A stretch of DNA of 64,000 bases from Octopus vulgaris (taxonomy: Eukaryota), in NCBI GenBank assembly GCA_951406725.2, contig OX597818.1, forward strand, positions 61,256,001 through 61,320,000. The letters run 5' to 3'. Shown here one piece after another: positions 22,926 through 36,545 of the stretch. The number at the start of each line of letters is the position of its first letter. Position 1 is the first letter of the stretch. A program made the translations under genes and the position numbers. A model generated the notes under the pieces. That model was not told where the DNA came from. It saw nothing but the letters and a program-made list of their open reading frames with translations, and did no database searches.

Positions 22926-23288
22926 CAACAACAACATTCATGAAGCAGTTTTATAAACTAACAATGTACTGGAATTTGAAGACAAATCTAAAACTCAACA
23001 ATTTATTAATAGAAGTGAAAGGCATTTGGAGCCATAAAACAGCATTTGAATTCTCCCCATACAATAAATGAACAACACATTAGCACCTAATATAGCACCA
23101 CTCAATCCAAAAAGTGTATATTCACATTCTGTTTTAATCAGTTATGAAAGTGCGAAGGAAAAGAAATTGTTTTCTTTTGTTTCTCTTAATAGAGTCCACT
23201 TTTAAAAAAAGAATGAGTTTATGTTATGTGGGGTGGATTTATAATGTGTGTTTTGGTAATGATATAGGGTGGTATACTTGAATACTAT

Positions 23289-23704
23289 TTATTTGTTTAT
23301 TGCCCACAGGAGGCTAAACATAGAGAGGAGAGACATGGACAGACAAAGGGATTAAGTTGATTACATTGACCCCAGTACATAACTGGTACTTATCTAATCG
23401 ACCCCGAAACGATGAAATGCAAAGTCAACCTCGGTGGAATCTGAACTCAGAACGTAACAGCAGATGAAATACCTATTTCTTTACTACCCACAAGGGGCTA
23501 AACATGGAGAGGACAATCAAGGACAGACAAATGGATTAAGTCGATTATATCGACCCCAGTGTGTATCTGGTACTTATTTAATCAACCCCGAAAGGATGAA
23601 AGGCAAAGTCAACCTCGGCGGAATTTGAACTCAGAACGTAACAGCAGATGAAATACCGCTAAGCATTTCACCCAGTGTGCTAATATTTCTGCCAGCTCAC
23701 CACC
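23289..23704 (-). mobile_element. Dimeric Nin-domain tRNA-SINE
   Basis: Same two-unit structure and same junction as the copies at 7706 and 9511. Confidence 0.88.
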
Positions 23705-24491
23705 TACAGTTAGATAATATTAATGCAACAACATTAACTAAATTAACAGCTATGTCACATCTGTTGTGAGAACCTGACAGTAGGTGGAAAGTCAATGTTT
23801 ACCGCATCAAGTTAGCCCCTTGTGTGTTGGTGGAGATAAGCTGTCAATTAAATCAACACCAATATTTAGTTTATACATTTTTCTTCAACTGTTTCACTCA
23901 AAGTATTACCTAATACATTAATAATAGCATGTAAAAAATATTGGGCTAAAAATTCTTTTGGAAGTAAAAAAGTTGAAGACTATGCTTGAAACTTGAACCT
24001 AAATCTTTTGGATAGATGAAAGGAAAAGTTGAACTTCATGGTATTTGAACTCAGATTGCAAGAAGCTGTAACAACTCAGCAGAAAAAAAAAAATAGTCAA
24101 AGAAAAATCTCCATAATTGAACTAAACTGAAATATATACTTTTACAAAAATTACTTGTGTAAATGGAATAATAGAAACCTCAAAATATTTGGTAGAGTAA
24201 AAACTGAAAGCATCAAATCATAAGAATTAGGGGAGAGGGTATTACAACTTTACAGAACTATTTATTTAGAATCTTTTATATTACTCAAATTCTCAAGAAA
24301 ACAATAAAAAATGCCATCACTGATATTTAATTAATAAAATTTGCCACAAATATATAACCTTGTATGTTAAGTATCTCTTACATTTCTATTTAGGCAAGCT
24401 GTCCTTTACTAGGAAGGTTAGAATAGATCCCAAGTCTACCCAAGACTATTTTCTGTAGGGGTGGCTGTGAAAATAACATTAATTATTGATG

Positions 24492-24690
24492 GCACGGATT
24501 TTTGTCAGTGAACAGGTCGCAGTCTTATAGCGACGAAAATATTTTGACAAATTAAACTTAAATGTTGAAGTGAATTGAACGGCTTTTGTGTGTTTCTTAA
24601 ATGGCTTACAAACACCTTCCACGCTGCAATTGTTTTCGTTCCAGCACACGATCTCAGATCAAATCACTTGCTATGCAAGTACATCTCCGA
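24492..24690. repeat. Unclassified ~200-bp interspersed repeat, copy 1
   Basis: Direct homolog of 52531-52733: GCACGGA.TTTTGTCAG.GAACAGGTC...CAGCACACGATCTCAGATCA..TCACTTGCTATGCAAGTACATCTC. Confidence 0.85.
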
Positions 24691-26340
24691 CTATTATTTT
24701 TATTTCTTTCCTCAGTGCTCTCCTAGCTAACATTGTGATATTCCATGCATTAAATATATTAGCATAAACTTATCTGATGATACCATAATACTTTCATTCC
24801 CGGTCACACGTTCTCATAAACTTTACAGCAAGACTACACATGTTTACATAGTTAGTCTCTCACTGTGAAGATATGCTGTCAGGTGTGATGGTGTAATTAA
24901 AAATGGCTGCTTTATCAAAGTATAATCATAGTCTGCATGTGACAGAATCATTATAAGATGGTTATGCCTAAATCAAAAGTATTTGCAGGTGTATACTAAG
25001 TCTTGAGGCCTTAAAACAAAAAACAAAAAGAGAATTAGGATAAACAAGACATTTATCATGTATTCCAGTTAACTTGTATTCTAATTTCTTCTAATTTCAA
25101 GCAATCTTCACAGCAAAATTAAGTATGATTACATACAAGCCACAAATTACATCACAAGTCAGCTGATAAAAGTTTCGTATGACATTGCAAAACTAGTGCA
25201 GATATTACAAAACAACTGTTGAAAAAAACATTTCAGTTTTCTAGTGCACATGCTAAATATTTAATATATTTTTTAGATGTTTCTCTTTTTTTTTTATAGT
25301 TTCAAAGCTGCTTTATCAGTTCCATGTGAAAGAAATAAAAGAGTTACATTTTTCCTATGTTCATAGTAACAACAGAACCAATACGAATGCCAACCAAATA
25401 GATTTTAAAATAATCTGTGTGTGACAGGTGAAGCAAAGAGGCTCCAAATAGCAACACCTTAGGTGTCAACTGTGCTTGTGAAACATAGCTAGGTTCAAGT
25501 TAAGGCTAAAAAAACAGGATATCTGTGCAATTTTTCACAAAATAAAAAGGTGAAAATAACACATGAAATTATCAAGATACAGCTGTTTATTGTTTGATGG
25601 GTTTTTTTCTTTTCACCTAGGTTCCAAAACTCATGAAAAGTCTTTCATTTCACTTATATTCCTTAGTTCTACCAGGAACATTAAAACTTCAAAGAAATAC
25701 TTCACAAATACAGGGCCCATCATTTTGATAGTTTTAGCGGAAATTGTGATAAGCTTGTCAGGTAATATAAAGATATACTTTGAATGGTATTGAGTATTAG
25801 TCATTAAAATAATAAAAACAGCAGCTTCCACAAACAAGAACAGTGCAAGCAATTCTATGCGATAAAAATGATTTTGAAGCCAAGATATTAATCACTAATG
25901 CCCCCTTGTCATTAAGATAGTGACTGTTGTAATTATAGATAAAGAAAACTTTTGAAGTCATATCACAATGTTAATATATATATCAATGATAAAGCACTTT
26001 TTTTTTATATAGGAAATGGTAACGTTGAAGCAAAACGCTTAAGTTTTAACAATAAACTTTATTTAGTTTTGTTGAAGCTGTAATTTTAATAATCATTTTA
26101 AATATTTCAGCACCATATTTTCTTTTCCATTGCAATGGGTTAAATGCTTAAGCAAATCCAGAAATTGACATAAACATTCAGAATAACAATTTTTTTATTA
26201 CTAGATACTCTTCAGCACAACTCAGTAAGCGAAGTATATATTTTTTTAACCGATTATTGAAGAGAAGTAAAATATTATTAACAATAGAGACAATGACACG
26301 TATTTAGAGGAAATCATCTCTGGGTCAGTATATATATATA

Positions 26341-26640
26341 TGGAGGCGCAATGGCCCAGTTGTTAGGGCAGTGGACTTGCGGTCGTAGGATTGCAATTTC
26401 GATTCCCAGACCAGGCGTTGTGAGTGTTTATAGAGCGAAAACACTTAAAGCTCCACGAGGCTTCAGCAGGGGGTGGTGGTGATCTATGCTGTACTCTTTT
26501 GCCACAACTTTCTCTCACACTTTCTTCTGTTGGCCTGCTTGCTTAGCCAGTGGGGTGGCGTCATTTGAAGGCTAAAACAATGCGAAGCGCATTGTGACCA
26601 GCGATGTGTAACACCATCTGACAGCCTGGTTGATCATGCA
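26341..26640 (+). mobile_element. tRNA-derived SINE (same family as 11285)
   Basis: TGGAGGCGCAATGGCCCAGT.GTTAGGGCAG...TTTCGATTCCCAGACC..., flanked by TA repeats. Confidence 0.88.
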
Positions 26641-26688
<48 letters not shown>

Positions 26689-27586
26689 ACCGTTCAAATA
26701 TAGAGACATCTTTAAAAAAAAAATAAATGTAAATTAGAAAGTTACGATTTAGAGCTTATCAGTTTATAATATATACCCATAGATAGAATCTGTCATCCTG
26801 AAGACATATATTCCAGAAACTCTACAAAAGCTTCTGATAACCAATGGAATAATATAATTTTAGAAAGTAGATTAAAATATTTTTCCCCTGCAAAAAGATT
26901 TTTTTCAGTCAATTTTCATTACTGATACACGAATATATATTTTCTTTGTTGTCTGTATTAGGAAATTAATTCTTATCTGTACCTAAAATTTCTTTTTTTT
27001 TCCAGTTCTATTGATTATAATGAGAAATTATATTTTAACAGATTTACTGGAACAATTTTTTTTAAATCATGAAATTATTTACTTTATTAGATAAGAGGCA
27101 AAAAGAACACGTTGTCTCCATCACACACACACTGTATATAATATGAATGTTTGTAAACAACAATTGGAAGGCAAACAACAAAAATGAATTAACTGATATG
27201 AATCTAACTATATACACCCACTCTTTCCAAGGTAAACATGTTTTATACCATTTGTCTTCTCAAAATACACCATTTGGAATTCACTTGGCAACTTAACTAA
27301 GGGTGAAACAATTGTTGCTGTACCTTAAGAAAACCTTTTGTGGTAGCAATAGCATCAAAGTCTTTGTCAAAGAACAGACTAGTCTTAAAAATGGAGGAAT
27401 TATACTGGTTAATGCGGATGAGATTATGACAACTGGATCATCTTTGGTCAGAGATCCCTAAAACAAGCTTATATTTATGTTTAAGCTGTCCTGTAATTCT
27501 CCACACGGATAAGAATAAATTTCAAAGAATAAGAATGTAGTGTAAATTAATGGCAGAGATTTTTTTACATGAACATTAATATAATA

Positions 27587-27757
27587 GGTGTAGGAGTGGC
27601 TGTGTGGTAAGTAGCTTGCTGACCAACCACATGATTCCGGGTTCAGTCCCACTGCTTGCCATCTTGGGCAAGTGTCTTCTACTATAGTCTCAGGCTGACC
27701 AATGCCTTGTGAGTGGATTTGGTAGACAGAAACTGAAAGAAGCCTGTCGAATATATG

Positions 27758-27797
<40 letters not shown>

Positions 27798-28503
27798 AAG
27801 ACCTGTTGAGGCAAGGGAAAATCAAATCAAAATCAAAATCAAAATCGATCAACATCAATGGAAATTGTAGATGTGATACCAGTGCCAGTGGCACATAAGA
27901 GAACCATCCGAACGTGGCCATTGCCAGTGCCGCCCCGACTGGCTTCTGTGCCGGTGGCATGTAAAAAGCACCATCTGATCATGGCCGTTGCCAGCCTCAC
28001 CTGGCCTCTGTGCAGGTGGCATGTAAAAAGCACCATCCGATCGTGGCCGTTTGCCAGCCTCATCTGGCACCTGGGCCGGTGGCACGTAAAGAGCACCCAC
28101 TACACTCATGGAGTGGTTGGCGTAAGGAAGGGCATCCAGCCGTAGAAACATTGCCAGATCAGACTGGGCCTAGTGCAGCCTTCTGGCTTCCCAGACCCCA
28201 GTTGCACCGTCCAACCCATGTCAGCATGGAAAGCGGACGCTAATCGATGATGATGATGATATATATGTATATGTATATATATATGTACGTGTGTGTATAT
28301 GTTTGTGTGACTGTGTTTGTCCCAACAACATCACTTGACAACTGATGCTGGTGTGTTTATGTCCCCGTAACTTAGAGGTTCAGCAAAAGAGACCGATAGA
28401 ATAAGTATTAGGCTTACAAAGAATAAGTCCTGGGGTCGATTTGCTCAATTAAAGGTGGTGCTCCAGCATGGTCTCAGTCACATGACTGAAACGAGTAAAA
28501 GAG
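27587..28503 (+). mobile_element. CORE-type SINE split by an RTE-tailed element in its central microsatellite
   Basis: Head about 27587-27752, tail about 28290-28503. The insert at about 27797-28260 has four ~60-bp internal repeats and a (GAT)n tail. Confidence 0.88.
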
Positions 28504-29139
28504 TATATATTTGAACACAATTTGAGGGAAAAAGATAACAACGAACCTTCTGACACGAATTAAAGCATTGTTTACAAATTTATCAGTTTGAATCATTTTT
28601 AAATATACGTTGAACAGCAAGACTTTAATCCCACCTCAGTTTAACTGAGCGAATGAATGAATTCCGAATAAGAAGATTAAGTCTATGTTCAAGAAACTGT
28701 TTGATACTACAAGATGTAACTAGAAAGAAGAGTGTTCGAAACAAGACTGTAACAATGAAAAGAAACATGTATGTACTGTGAGCTCCATGAATGAGCAACA
28801 TGCATGGCATAGTGAAGGCCTACTCCAAGTGGCTCCACGAGAAGGGCCAATTATAGGGTTTATAAGATATTTAGGCAATTAATGCTGAGAAATGCTTATC
28901 TAACAAGCATAGTTTTCCAGCATCTCAATAACTATGTTGGTGCTTTGCCAGTCATGAGTTATGTTAATCAGGTGGTATAGGAAGGTTATCTCTAACAGCT
29001 GCAGTTGCAATACTACTGTAAACAGTTAAATATGCATATGACACAAGTAGGAATGGAGCAGTTAGTGAGTCTTCAAATTAGTTAACTAGACACTAAAAGT
29101 AATTCTCAGTTTTCACAAGATACAAAATTAGTTTAAGTT

Positions 29140-29395
29140 TTCTGTGCTGGTGGCATGTAAAAAGCACCAACCGATCATGGCTGTTGCCAGCCTTCCATGG
29201 CACCTGTGCCAGTGGCATATAAAAAGCACCCCACTAATATAAAATAGTGCAAAGATCATTAAGAAGGGCATCCAGCTGTAGAAAGCTTGCCAGATCAGAT
29301 TGGAACCTAGTGCAGCCTCCTGGCTTCCCAGACCCCGGTCAAACCATCCAACCCATGCTAGCATGGAAAACAGACGTTAAACGATGATGATGATG
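29140..29395 (+). mobile_element. RTE-tailed SINE-like element
   Basis: Two internal repeats plus the tail ...AACCCATGCTAGCATGGAAAACAGACGTTAAACG(ATG)n. Confidence 0.85.
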
Positions 29396-32300
29396 TAGTT
29401 TAGGTTTGTGTTGGGATATGAAGCCATAAGTTAATTTTCTAGAGAGGCCGCTAAAAGAAGTTCTCAGTTAAGGAGAGAAAAATGCTCATTTAAAGAAAAG
29501 CAAATTTAGAATAATACATTTGACATGATCCTGTACACTGTAACCTGAACAATACAAGGGACGCAAAGTAGATTAACAGTCTCTAAGAACCATTTAAGCT
29601 CCATAAAAGTACCATAAGAAAGTTTCCAATAAGTAACAAGTTTCCTTCACAAGCAGGTATTCACTAATCTTCTATGAAAGCCTTCACATTCAGTAAGAAA
29701 ACTCTGAGGCTATGATCCATTCCACCTACAATACAAGGAAAATACTCACTAATGGACATTACTATAGTTAAGATGGTTATGCAATTCTACACATTAGTGT
29801 TAATAATAGAAAAAATAAAATGTTTGGCATTTCTAAATTTCTTACCTAATTGTCAATGTGATGTAAATGTTTCACCATCACTGGCAAAGGTGTTTACACC
29901 ATAGAGTAGAGATGTAACAAGACAAATATTTAATACAAGCTATTTAAATTGTAGTGTATTGTGGTAGAAGTGCAGCCACCCAGGTAAACACATGTGCCCA
30001 TGTGTAGCATTATATGGAATATTATTGTATGAGATGGATATCAGAAAAATAAAGCTCTTAATACTGTGGCCTGAAACAAGAGGAATTATATGTAGTGACT
30101 AAATTCGACAAATATCTAAGAGTGCTTCAAGCTATTATGTACAGCTAAGTCACTGAGCAAATGCTATCATCATCTCCATTTTAATGCCTGTTTTTCATTT
30201 CTGGCAGAGTTTGGCATATTCTGTATTGCAACATATCATCGTCATTCTTTGCTATCATATCATCTTATGTGTAAAGCCCAACAGCCTCTGCTCAGATCTC
30301 ACCTTTACCTTTTGTGCTTCCCTTGTTTTCAATTGTGCATACATTTTTTGTAGTCAATACAGGATACTTATTTACTTCGCATTTGCTCTTCATTCTAAAA
30401 TTTATCATTAATCATCATTAGAACAATCTTGAAGGGGGCATTATGCTTTTATAGATGGAATACCAACAGAGATGTTTCAATGAAAAATAATGAGAAAAAG
30501 ACTTATAAAAAGAAAATAATAAATGAAATCCATAGAATCATCTAAGGTGCAAAACGCATCCGTATTTCTTCAATAACAATCAATAAACAAAAAACACTCA
30601 AGTGTGTGAAAGATGAAGACATGTATAATAAATGCTTCAACTATAATTGGAATGGTGACATTTTGAAGATGTATATTGAAGCAACAAAGTTATGATCTGT
30701 TTCTATGTAAAAGTTACAATATTGTTTATACTGCAAAGTGAGTGATTGTCAATTGTTTGTATGTCTTCCTCAAAAACAAGTGCTAATGGGTAAGGCAGAA
30801 GAGAGAGTACAAGGAAAGCTAATTCAGGGCATAAACTAAACGATTCTATTGACAACGCATGAACAAGTTCAAATGTACCTTTCACCAAAATGCAAGAATC
30901 AATTTATCCACACAATGATATCTCCACTTATGGACTGGGTTGATGAAAAATCGTGATCTAAACTAACACTTAAGATATTCTTAGAAAAATGTGAACCGAT
31001 TAGGTAAATATAACTTATCTAGAAATTCCTTTTATTAAAATTCATATTTTGTTCGTCAATGTTGTAACAGACAAGAATTGCCTGATTAATTTATATACAT
31101 ACCCAATCAACTTCTAAACATTCATTTTCACATCAATTTTACACTGAAAGTGAAATAAATACTAACACACGTGATTAAATGTATACACATATTCGTACAC
31201 AGATACTAAATTATATACGTAAGCGTATACAACTTGTCCATGATCGAATACATTGAACTTCTAATTCACATTTCAAGTATGGAAGTAAAAAGTCAGCCAA
31301 AATGTTTTTAAAAAATCCAAAAATTAAAAATAAGAAAGTAAATAACTTGACATTATGGACTGTTAGATTTACAGCAGAATTTAAAATACTATAATTTTCA
31401 ATTATAATTCCGTAGTTTTAAGGATAAAAAATGTAATGCAGAGTGTTGACTGAAGCATGGAATTCTTTGAGCTAAGTGCACCAAGCAGTTCTTTAGAAAT
31501 GCTGCATTAAATTGCAAAAAGCTACTACAAAACACAGCAATTAAATTTGCATTTTGACATTCAATAAACTAAAAAAAATCTGTTTTTTGACTTTCCATTA
31601 AATGCTTCTCTTCCTCTAGTGTGTGTGTGTGTGTGTGTGTGTGCACACGTTTATATAAGTTACACACACACACACGAGAGAGAGAATGAGAGAGATTTAA
31701 GTAAATATAAAACTTTCTTGTATGTAAATTCCATGCATTTATTTTGTATATACTGCAATATATAAATTTTTTTGTTAATTATTCAGTTGAACAGTTACCT
31801 ATCAGGGAAGTGTTAGCATAAATAATTACATGTTTTATCCTTGTTTGTAAGCAACATTAAAATTACCAGTAGAATTGTGAACTTGGTGCAGCCAAGAGGG
31901 ATGATGTAATGAAATTCCTCAAAGCTAAGTTAGAATAAAATAGTATTTTTAACCCCTTTTTTAAGATTTTCCAGAGTGGATATTAAAGCTCATCAAAAAT
32001 CCATTTTCAGATTTCATTCCACTGCTGCATGCAAGAAAATTGAGCATTAAAGTATAAAAAGCAATATGTTAGATTGAACCAGAAGAATCATTTTGAAAAT
32101 AATGTTCTTTCCAAAAGTAATTAAGTGTCAGTTAAAATTTTGGCATTATTTGTGTGTGTGTGTGTGTGAGTGAGAGAGAGAGAGAGAGGGAGAGAGAGAG
32201 AGAGAGAGAAGAGAGAGTTTCACTACCTGAGAAAGAAATTCATTATGATTTGTCAGAAGTGGAAATGAGAAACAGACCAGGTATGATCCAATTTATAAAG

Positions 32301-32546
32301 TAGTTAGGTATTAAAGGTTGATATCACTGTTTAAAAGTGTGCATTGCAAATGTTTGATTGTATGATGCATAATTTGTAACAAAGTATGAACTAGGGTTTC
32401 ATAGCAGACAATCTTCAGTAAATATCATTGATACAGCATACAGATTTTAAAGTAATAAGCACATAGAACTGAAAGATATAAATAAATGTAAAAATGTATC
32501 ATTTCATAGTTATGATTAACATATATTTTTTAATAATATATTATTA

Positions 32547-32944
32547 TCTTTATATATAAAAGTCAAGTTGTGTGTCTGTCTCCTACGATTTAGATTCCTA
32601 ACTACTCCCACATTTTGCGGTGCAGTTTAACCAAAACCGGGTATCTTATAATCGTGATTCATATCGAGCCCTTCTGGGTATTAGTGCGTGTCTACGATGA
32701 GTCTACGATTTGAAAAAAAATTACCATCATCTTTTTCCATTTTAATGCATTTTTTCGCTATTATATAAGGGAAGTAACTCTCTAAAAATGTCTACGATGA
32801 GTCAGCGATTTTTAAAAAAGTTTACCATCATTTTTTTTCCATTTTTAATGCATTTTTTTTGCTATTTTTTGGCTATAACTCTCTAAAAATGCTTATATAG
32901 TTATTTCCCTTACAAACCCAAGCAACGCCAGGTGATACTGCTAG
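32547..32944 (+). mobile_element. Non-autonomous Helitron
   Basis: A|TC 5' start (TCTTTATATATAAAAG), degenerate subterminal hairpin CCCAAGC-AAC-GCCAGG, and 3' CTAG|T. The 3' ~100 bp is shared with the elements at 44314 and 58417. Confidence 0.8.
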
Positions 32945-33139
32945 TTATTAATATAAGGAAATTAATATCCAAACTCATCATAAAAATATACCCGTATGAA
33001 AGTACTTATTATATTAAAAATATATATAAATAAATAAATATAAATATATATAAAGATATATGTAAATATGTATATATATAAATATAATGTATATATAAAT
33101 AAATTTGATAGTTTAAAAGTTTTGAATTAATTATAATAT

Positions 33140-34040
33140 AAAATAATAATGAAATTATTGTATACAGTGCTTGTGTGCACCACAACTTGTCAGAAAGTGC
33201 ATACAAAGCATATGCAGTAATGTAAAGCGATACATGCTTGCATGTGTATGGAGGGGAGAAAATCAGGTGTAGTGTTGGCGTATCTCAGAAAGCATGGAAG
33301 TTTTGAAGGATGCAGTGCTCCGACAACTAACAACTGATGCCGGCAGTTTGTTCCATGCTTGTGTGTGTATGGAGGGGAGAAAATCAGGTGTAGTGTTGGC
33401 GAATCTCAGGAAGCATGGAAGTTTTGAAGGATGCAGTGTTCCGACAACTAACAACTGATGCCGGCAGTTTGTTCCATGCTTGTGTGTGTATGGAGGGGAG
33501 AAAATCAGGTGTAGTGTTGGCGAATCTCAGAAAGCATGGAAGTTTTGAAGGATGCAGTGCTCCGACAACTAACAACTGATGCCGGCAGTTTGTTCCATGC
33601 TTGTGTGTGTATGGAGGAGAGAAAATCAGGTGTAGTGTTGGCGAATCTCAGAAAGCATGGAAGTTTTGAAGGATGCAGTGCTCCGACAACTAACAACTGA
33701 TGCCGGCAGTTTGTTCCATGCTTGTGTGTGTATGGAGGGGAGAAAATCAGGTGTAGTGTTGGCGAATCTCAGAAAGCATGGAAGTTTTGAAGGATGCAGT
33801 GCTCCGACAACTAACAACTGATGCCGGCAGTTTGTTCCATGCTTGTGTGTGTATGGAGGGGAGGAAATCAGGTGTAGTGTTGGTGAATGTCAGGAAGCAT
33901 GGAAGTTTTGAAGGATGCAGTGCTCCAACAACTAACAACTGATGCCGGCAGTTTGTTCCATGCTTCAGCAACTCTCAGCGTGAAAAAATGTTTCCGAAAG
34001 TCATGGGAGCTGTGCTGTTTTCTGACTTTGTAAATATGTC
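33140..34040 (-). mobile_element. CR1-type LINE 3' end with internal 6 x 121-bp tandem amplification
   Basis: Homologous to 1913-2320. CATGCTT recurs at 33233 + n*121 up to 33959. Confidence 0.92.
33233..33965. repeat. Minisatellite, 121-bp unit x6, near-identical units
   Basis: The ORF track repeats with period 121 (33263, 33384, 33505, 33626, 33747). There are no spacers between units. Confidence 0.95.
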
Positions 34041-34809
34041 TTATTTAAAGCATCTTACGACCGTTTCACAGAAGAGTTGACCCTATAGTTATGATTAATA
34101 CGTAAAAATGCATTCAACTGTGAAAAATTATTTTGTCTAAAATGTTTTTTCAATGCACAATTATTTTGAAATATAGTTTGTTTGGAAAGAAAGTCATCCC
34201 AAAGTCGAAACCAATATTTCTGTTATACATTCATAATTTACAACCCTCAAACAAGGTTTGACAGAGTTTGCAGCTTTGTAATTGGTTAGATGATAAATTA
34301 TTCATGGTAGTCATAGTTACAATGTATATATATGGTTATATGTAAGTTTGGGATTTGCAGTGATTTCAGAGATTAATTTTGAATGGAGCCTGGTGTTCAG
34401 TATTTAATCATTATAGTCATAAAAAGTTTAGGACTGCCTCTTCTTGATGAATATGTACCATTATAGATTCTATTGAAGATGGGAAGAAAATTTCAAACTT
34501 ACAACAGTTAACCACAGACAAAAGGCTTAACTGAAAAATATTATGAAACCTAGAGTGTCTTCATTAAAGGGAAGAGTATCAACAGCTAGCGCACTCTGGT
34601 AACTGGTTTTTACTCATGATGAAAATAGTCACTACTAGGAATTCAATACTACAGACTCAGTGGAAGATAATAAAAGTGGAGACTTATGTACTAAGTAAAC
34701 AGACTAGATTACAAATTGCACATATGGTTCACTAGAATTAGAAAATAGGTTTTGATAATCAAGTAACCAAACTAGTACAGGAAGTGGTGATTCTAAAAAC
34801 CATATATAC

Positions 34810-35213
34810 TCTTTTATTTTTTCAGTCATTTGACTGTGGCCATGCTGGAGCACCGCCTTTAATCGAGCAACTCGACGCCGGGACTTATTCTTTTGTAAGC
34901 CCAGTACTTATTCTGTCGGTCTCTTTTGCAGAACCGCTAAGTAACGGGGACATAAACACACCAGCATCGGTTGTCAAGCAATGCTAGGGGGACAAACACA
35001 GACACACAAACACACACATGCATATATATATATATATATATACATATATACGACGGGCTTCTTTCAGTTTCCGTCTACCAAATCCACTCACAAGGCATTG
35101 GTTGGCCCGAGGCTATAGTAGAAGACACTTGCCCAAGGTGCCACGCAGTGGGACTGAACCCAGAACCATGTGGTTGGTAAACAAGCTACTTACCACACAG
35201 CCACTCCTACGCC
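34810..35213 (-). mobile_element. tRNA-derived CORE-type SINE, full length
   Basis: Near-identical to the other copies. Confidence 0.92.
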
Positions 35214-36003
35214 ATAGTCAGGAATGAAAAAAGAATGAAACAAGTCCTACATAGTTGCAGAAACGTTCGCAAGGTCAGTAAGTAAAAATAGAGAATAAAA
35301 CCATGCTGTTGGTGATGATGATGTTGATAATAAGTTAATAAGCTAGGTCTGTCTTGAATTCCATTGAAAAACACAATATCCAAAGCAGAAAATATAAAAC
35401 AGTGCAAAGATCATATAACACCTGTCAAGTGTAATTGGCAACCATCTTTTTAAAACAAGTTACACAATATTAGTGAAACATAGTCATGTAATAAATACAA
35501 TAACAATTATACTATTATTCAATTTCTATTTTACAATCATTTTGAAAAAAAACATTAAAAAAATGATGAGGATAGCTAGCATATTAAATCAAAAGCTATT
35601 ATAATTTCTAATGTGCAAAATAACCTGGAGCTGTGTATATGTTGCATCAGAAACATTTCGTTGGAGTGAGGTCAGTGATATCACAGATAAACTATTTAAG
35701 ATATTTTCATTTCTAAACAATTGCAAATTTATGATAAGTGTGCACTCATGTACATTTATCTAGTAATTCTTTCATCACTTTCGGTAAATGTTGTTGATGT
35801 CAGAAGACAAAAAAACATGTTCAGGTTTGGTTCCTGTATTTGCTAAAAAAAAATTAAAATATTAGTCATTCACTGATCCCTTCCTTCTTCACATATTTCT
35901 AGAGAGTCTCTGAATGTTCCGTGCATCTAAATATGTTAACACTAATTTAACTATTTAATAATGCCTCTGCATTAAAGAAGTTTAGATAAATGCTGCTTGT
36001 TTT

Positions 36004-36545
36004 TCATCATCATCATCCTTATCATCATCATTTAACGTCCGCTTTCCATGCTAGCATCGGTTGGACGATTTTGACTGGGGGCTGGTGAACCAGATGGCTG
36101 CACCAGGCTCCAATCTTGATCTGGCAGAGTTTCTACAGCTGGATGCCCTTCCTAACGCCAACCACTCCGAGAGTGTAGTGGGTGCTTTTTACGTGCCACC
36201 GGCACAGGTGCCAGTCAGGCAGTACTGGCAATGACCTCACTTGAATCTTTTTACACATGCCACCGGCACAGGTGTCAGTAAGGCGATGTTGGTAACGTTC
36301 ACGCTTGAATGGTGCCCTTTTACGTGCCACCAGCATGGAAGCCAGTTGGCCACTCTGGCAATGATCACGCTCAGATGGTGCTCTCTGGCAACGATCACAC
36401 TCGGATGGTGCTCTTGGCACCCTACTAGCATGGGCACAAGTGCCAGTAAGGTGGTGCTGGTAACAATCACAGTCAAATGGTGCCTTTTATGTGCCACTGG
36501 CATGGAAGCCGGTTAGCCGCTCTGTCAATGATCACATCCGTGCTC
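36004..36545 (-). mobile_element. RTE-tailed SINE-like element with multiple internal repeats
   Basis: (CAT)n TTTAACGTCCGCTTTCCATGCTAGCAT..., then repeated TTTTACGTGCCACCGGCAC units. Confidence 0.87.

Noticed and set aside
26013-26018. 6-nt microexon candidate (TTTTATATAG|GAAATG|GTAACG)
   Set aside because: The donor is weak and the pattern is expected by chance next to poly-T in AT-rich DNA.
27880-28100. Repeat-spacer-like pattern (GTGGCA.GTAAAAAGCACC every ~60 bp; also at 16380, 36180, 43150)
   Set aside because: The intervening segments are homologous to each other, so these are diverged tandem units inside the RTE-tailed element, not spacers.
33233-33965. CRISPR-like regular array
   Set aside because: Units are contiguous 121-bp copies with no unique spacers, derive from a CR1 3' end, and there are no cas genes in this eukaryotic context.
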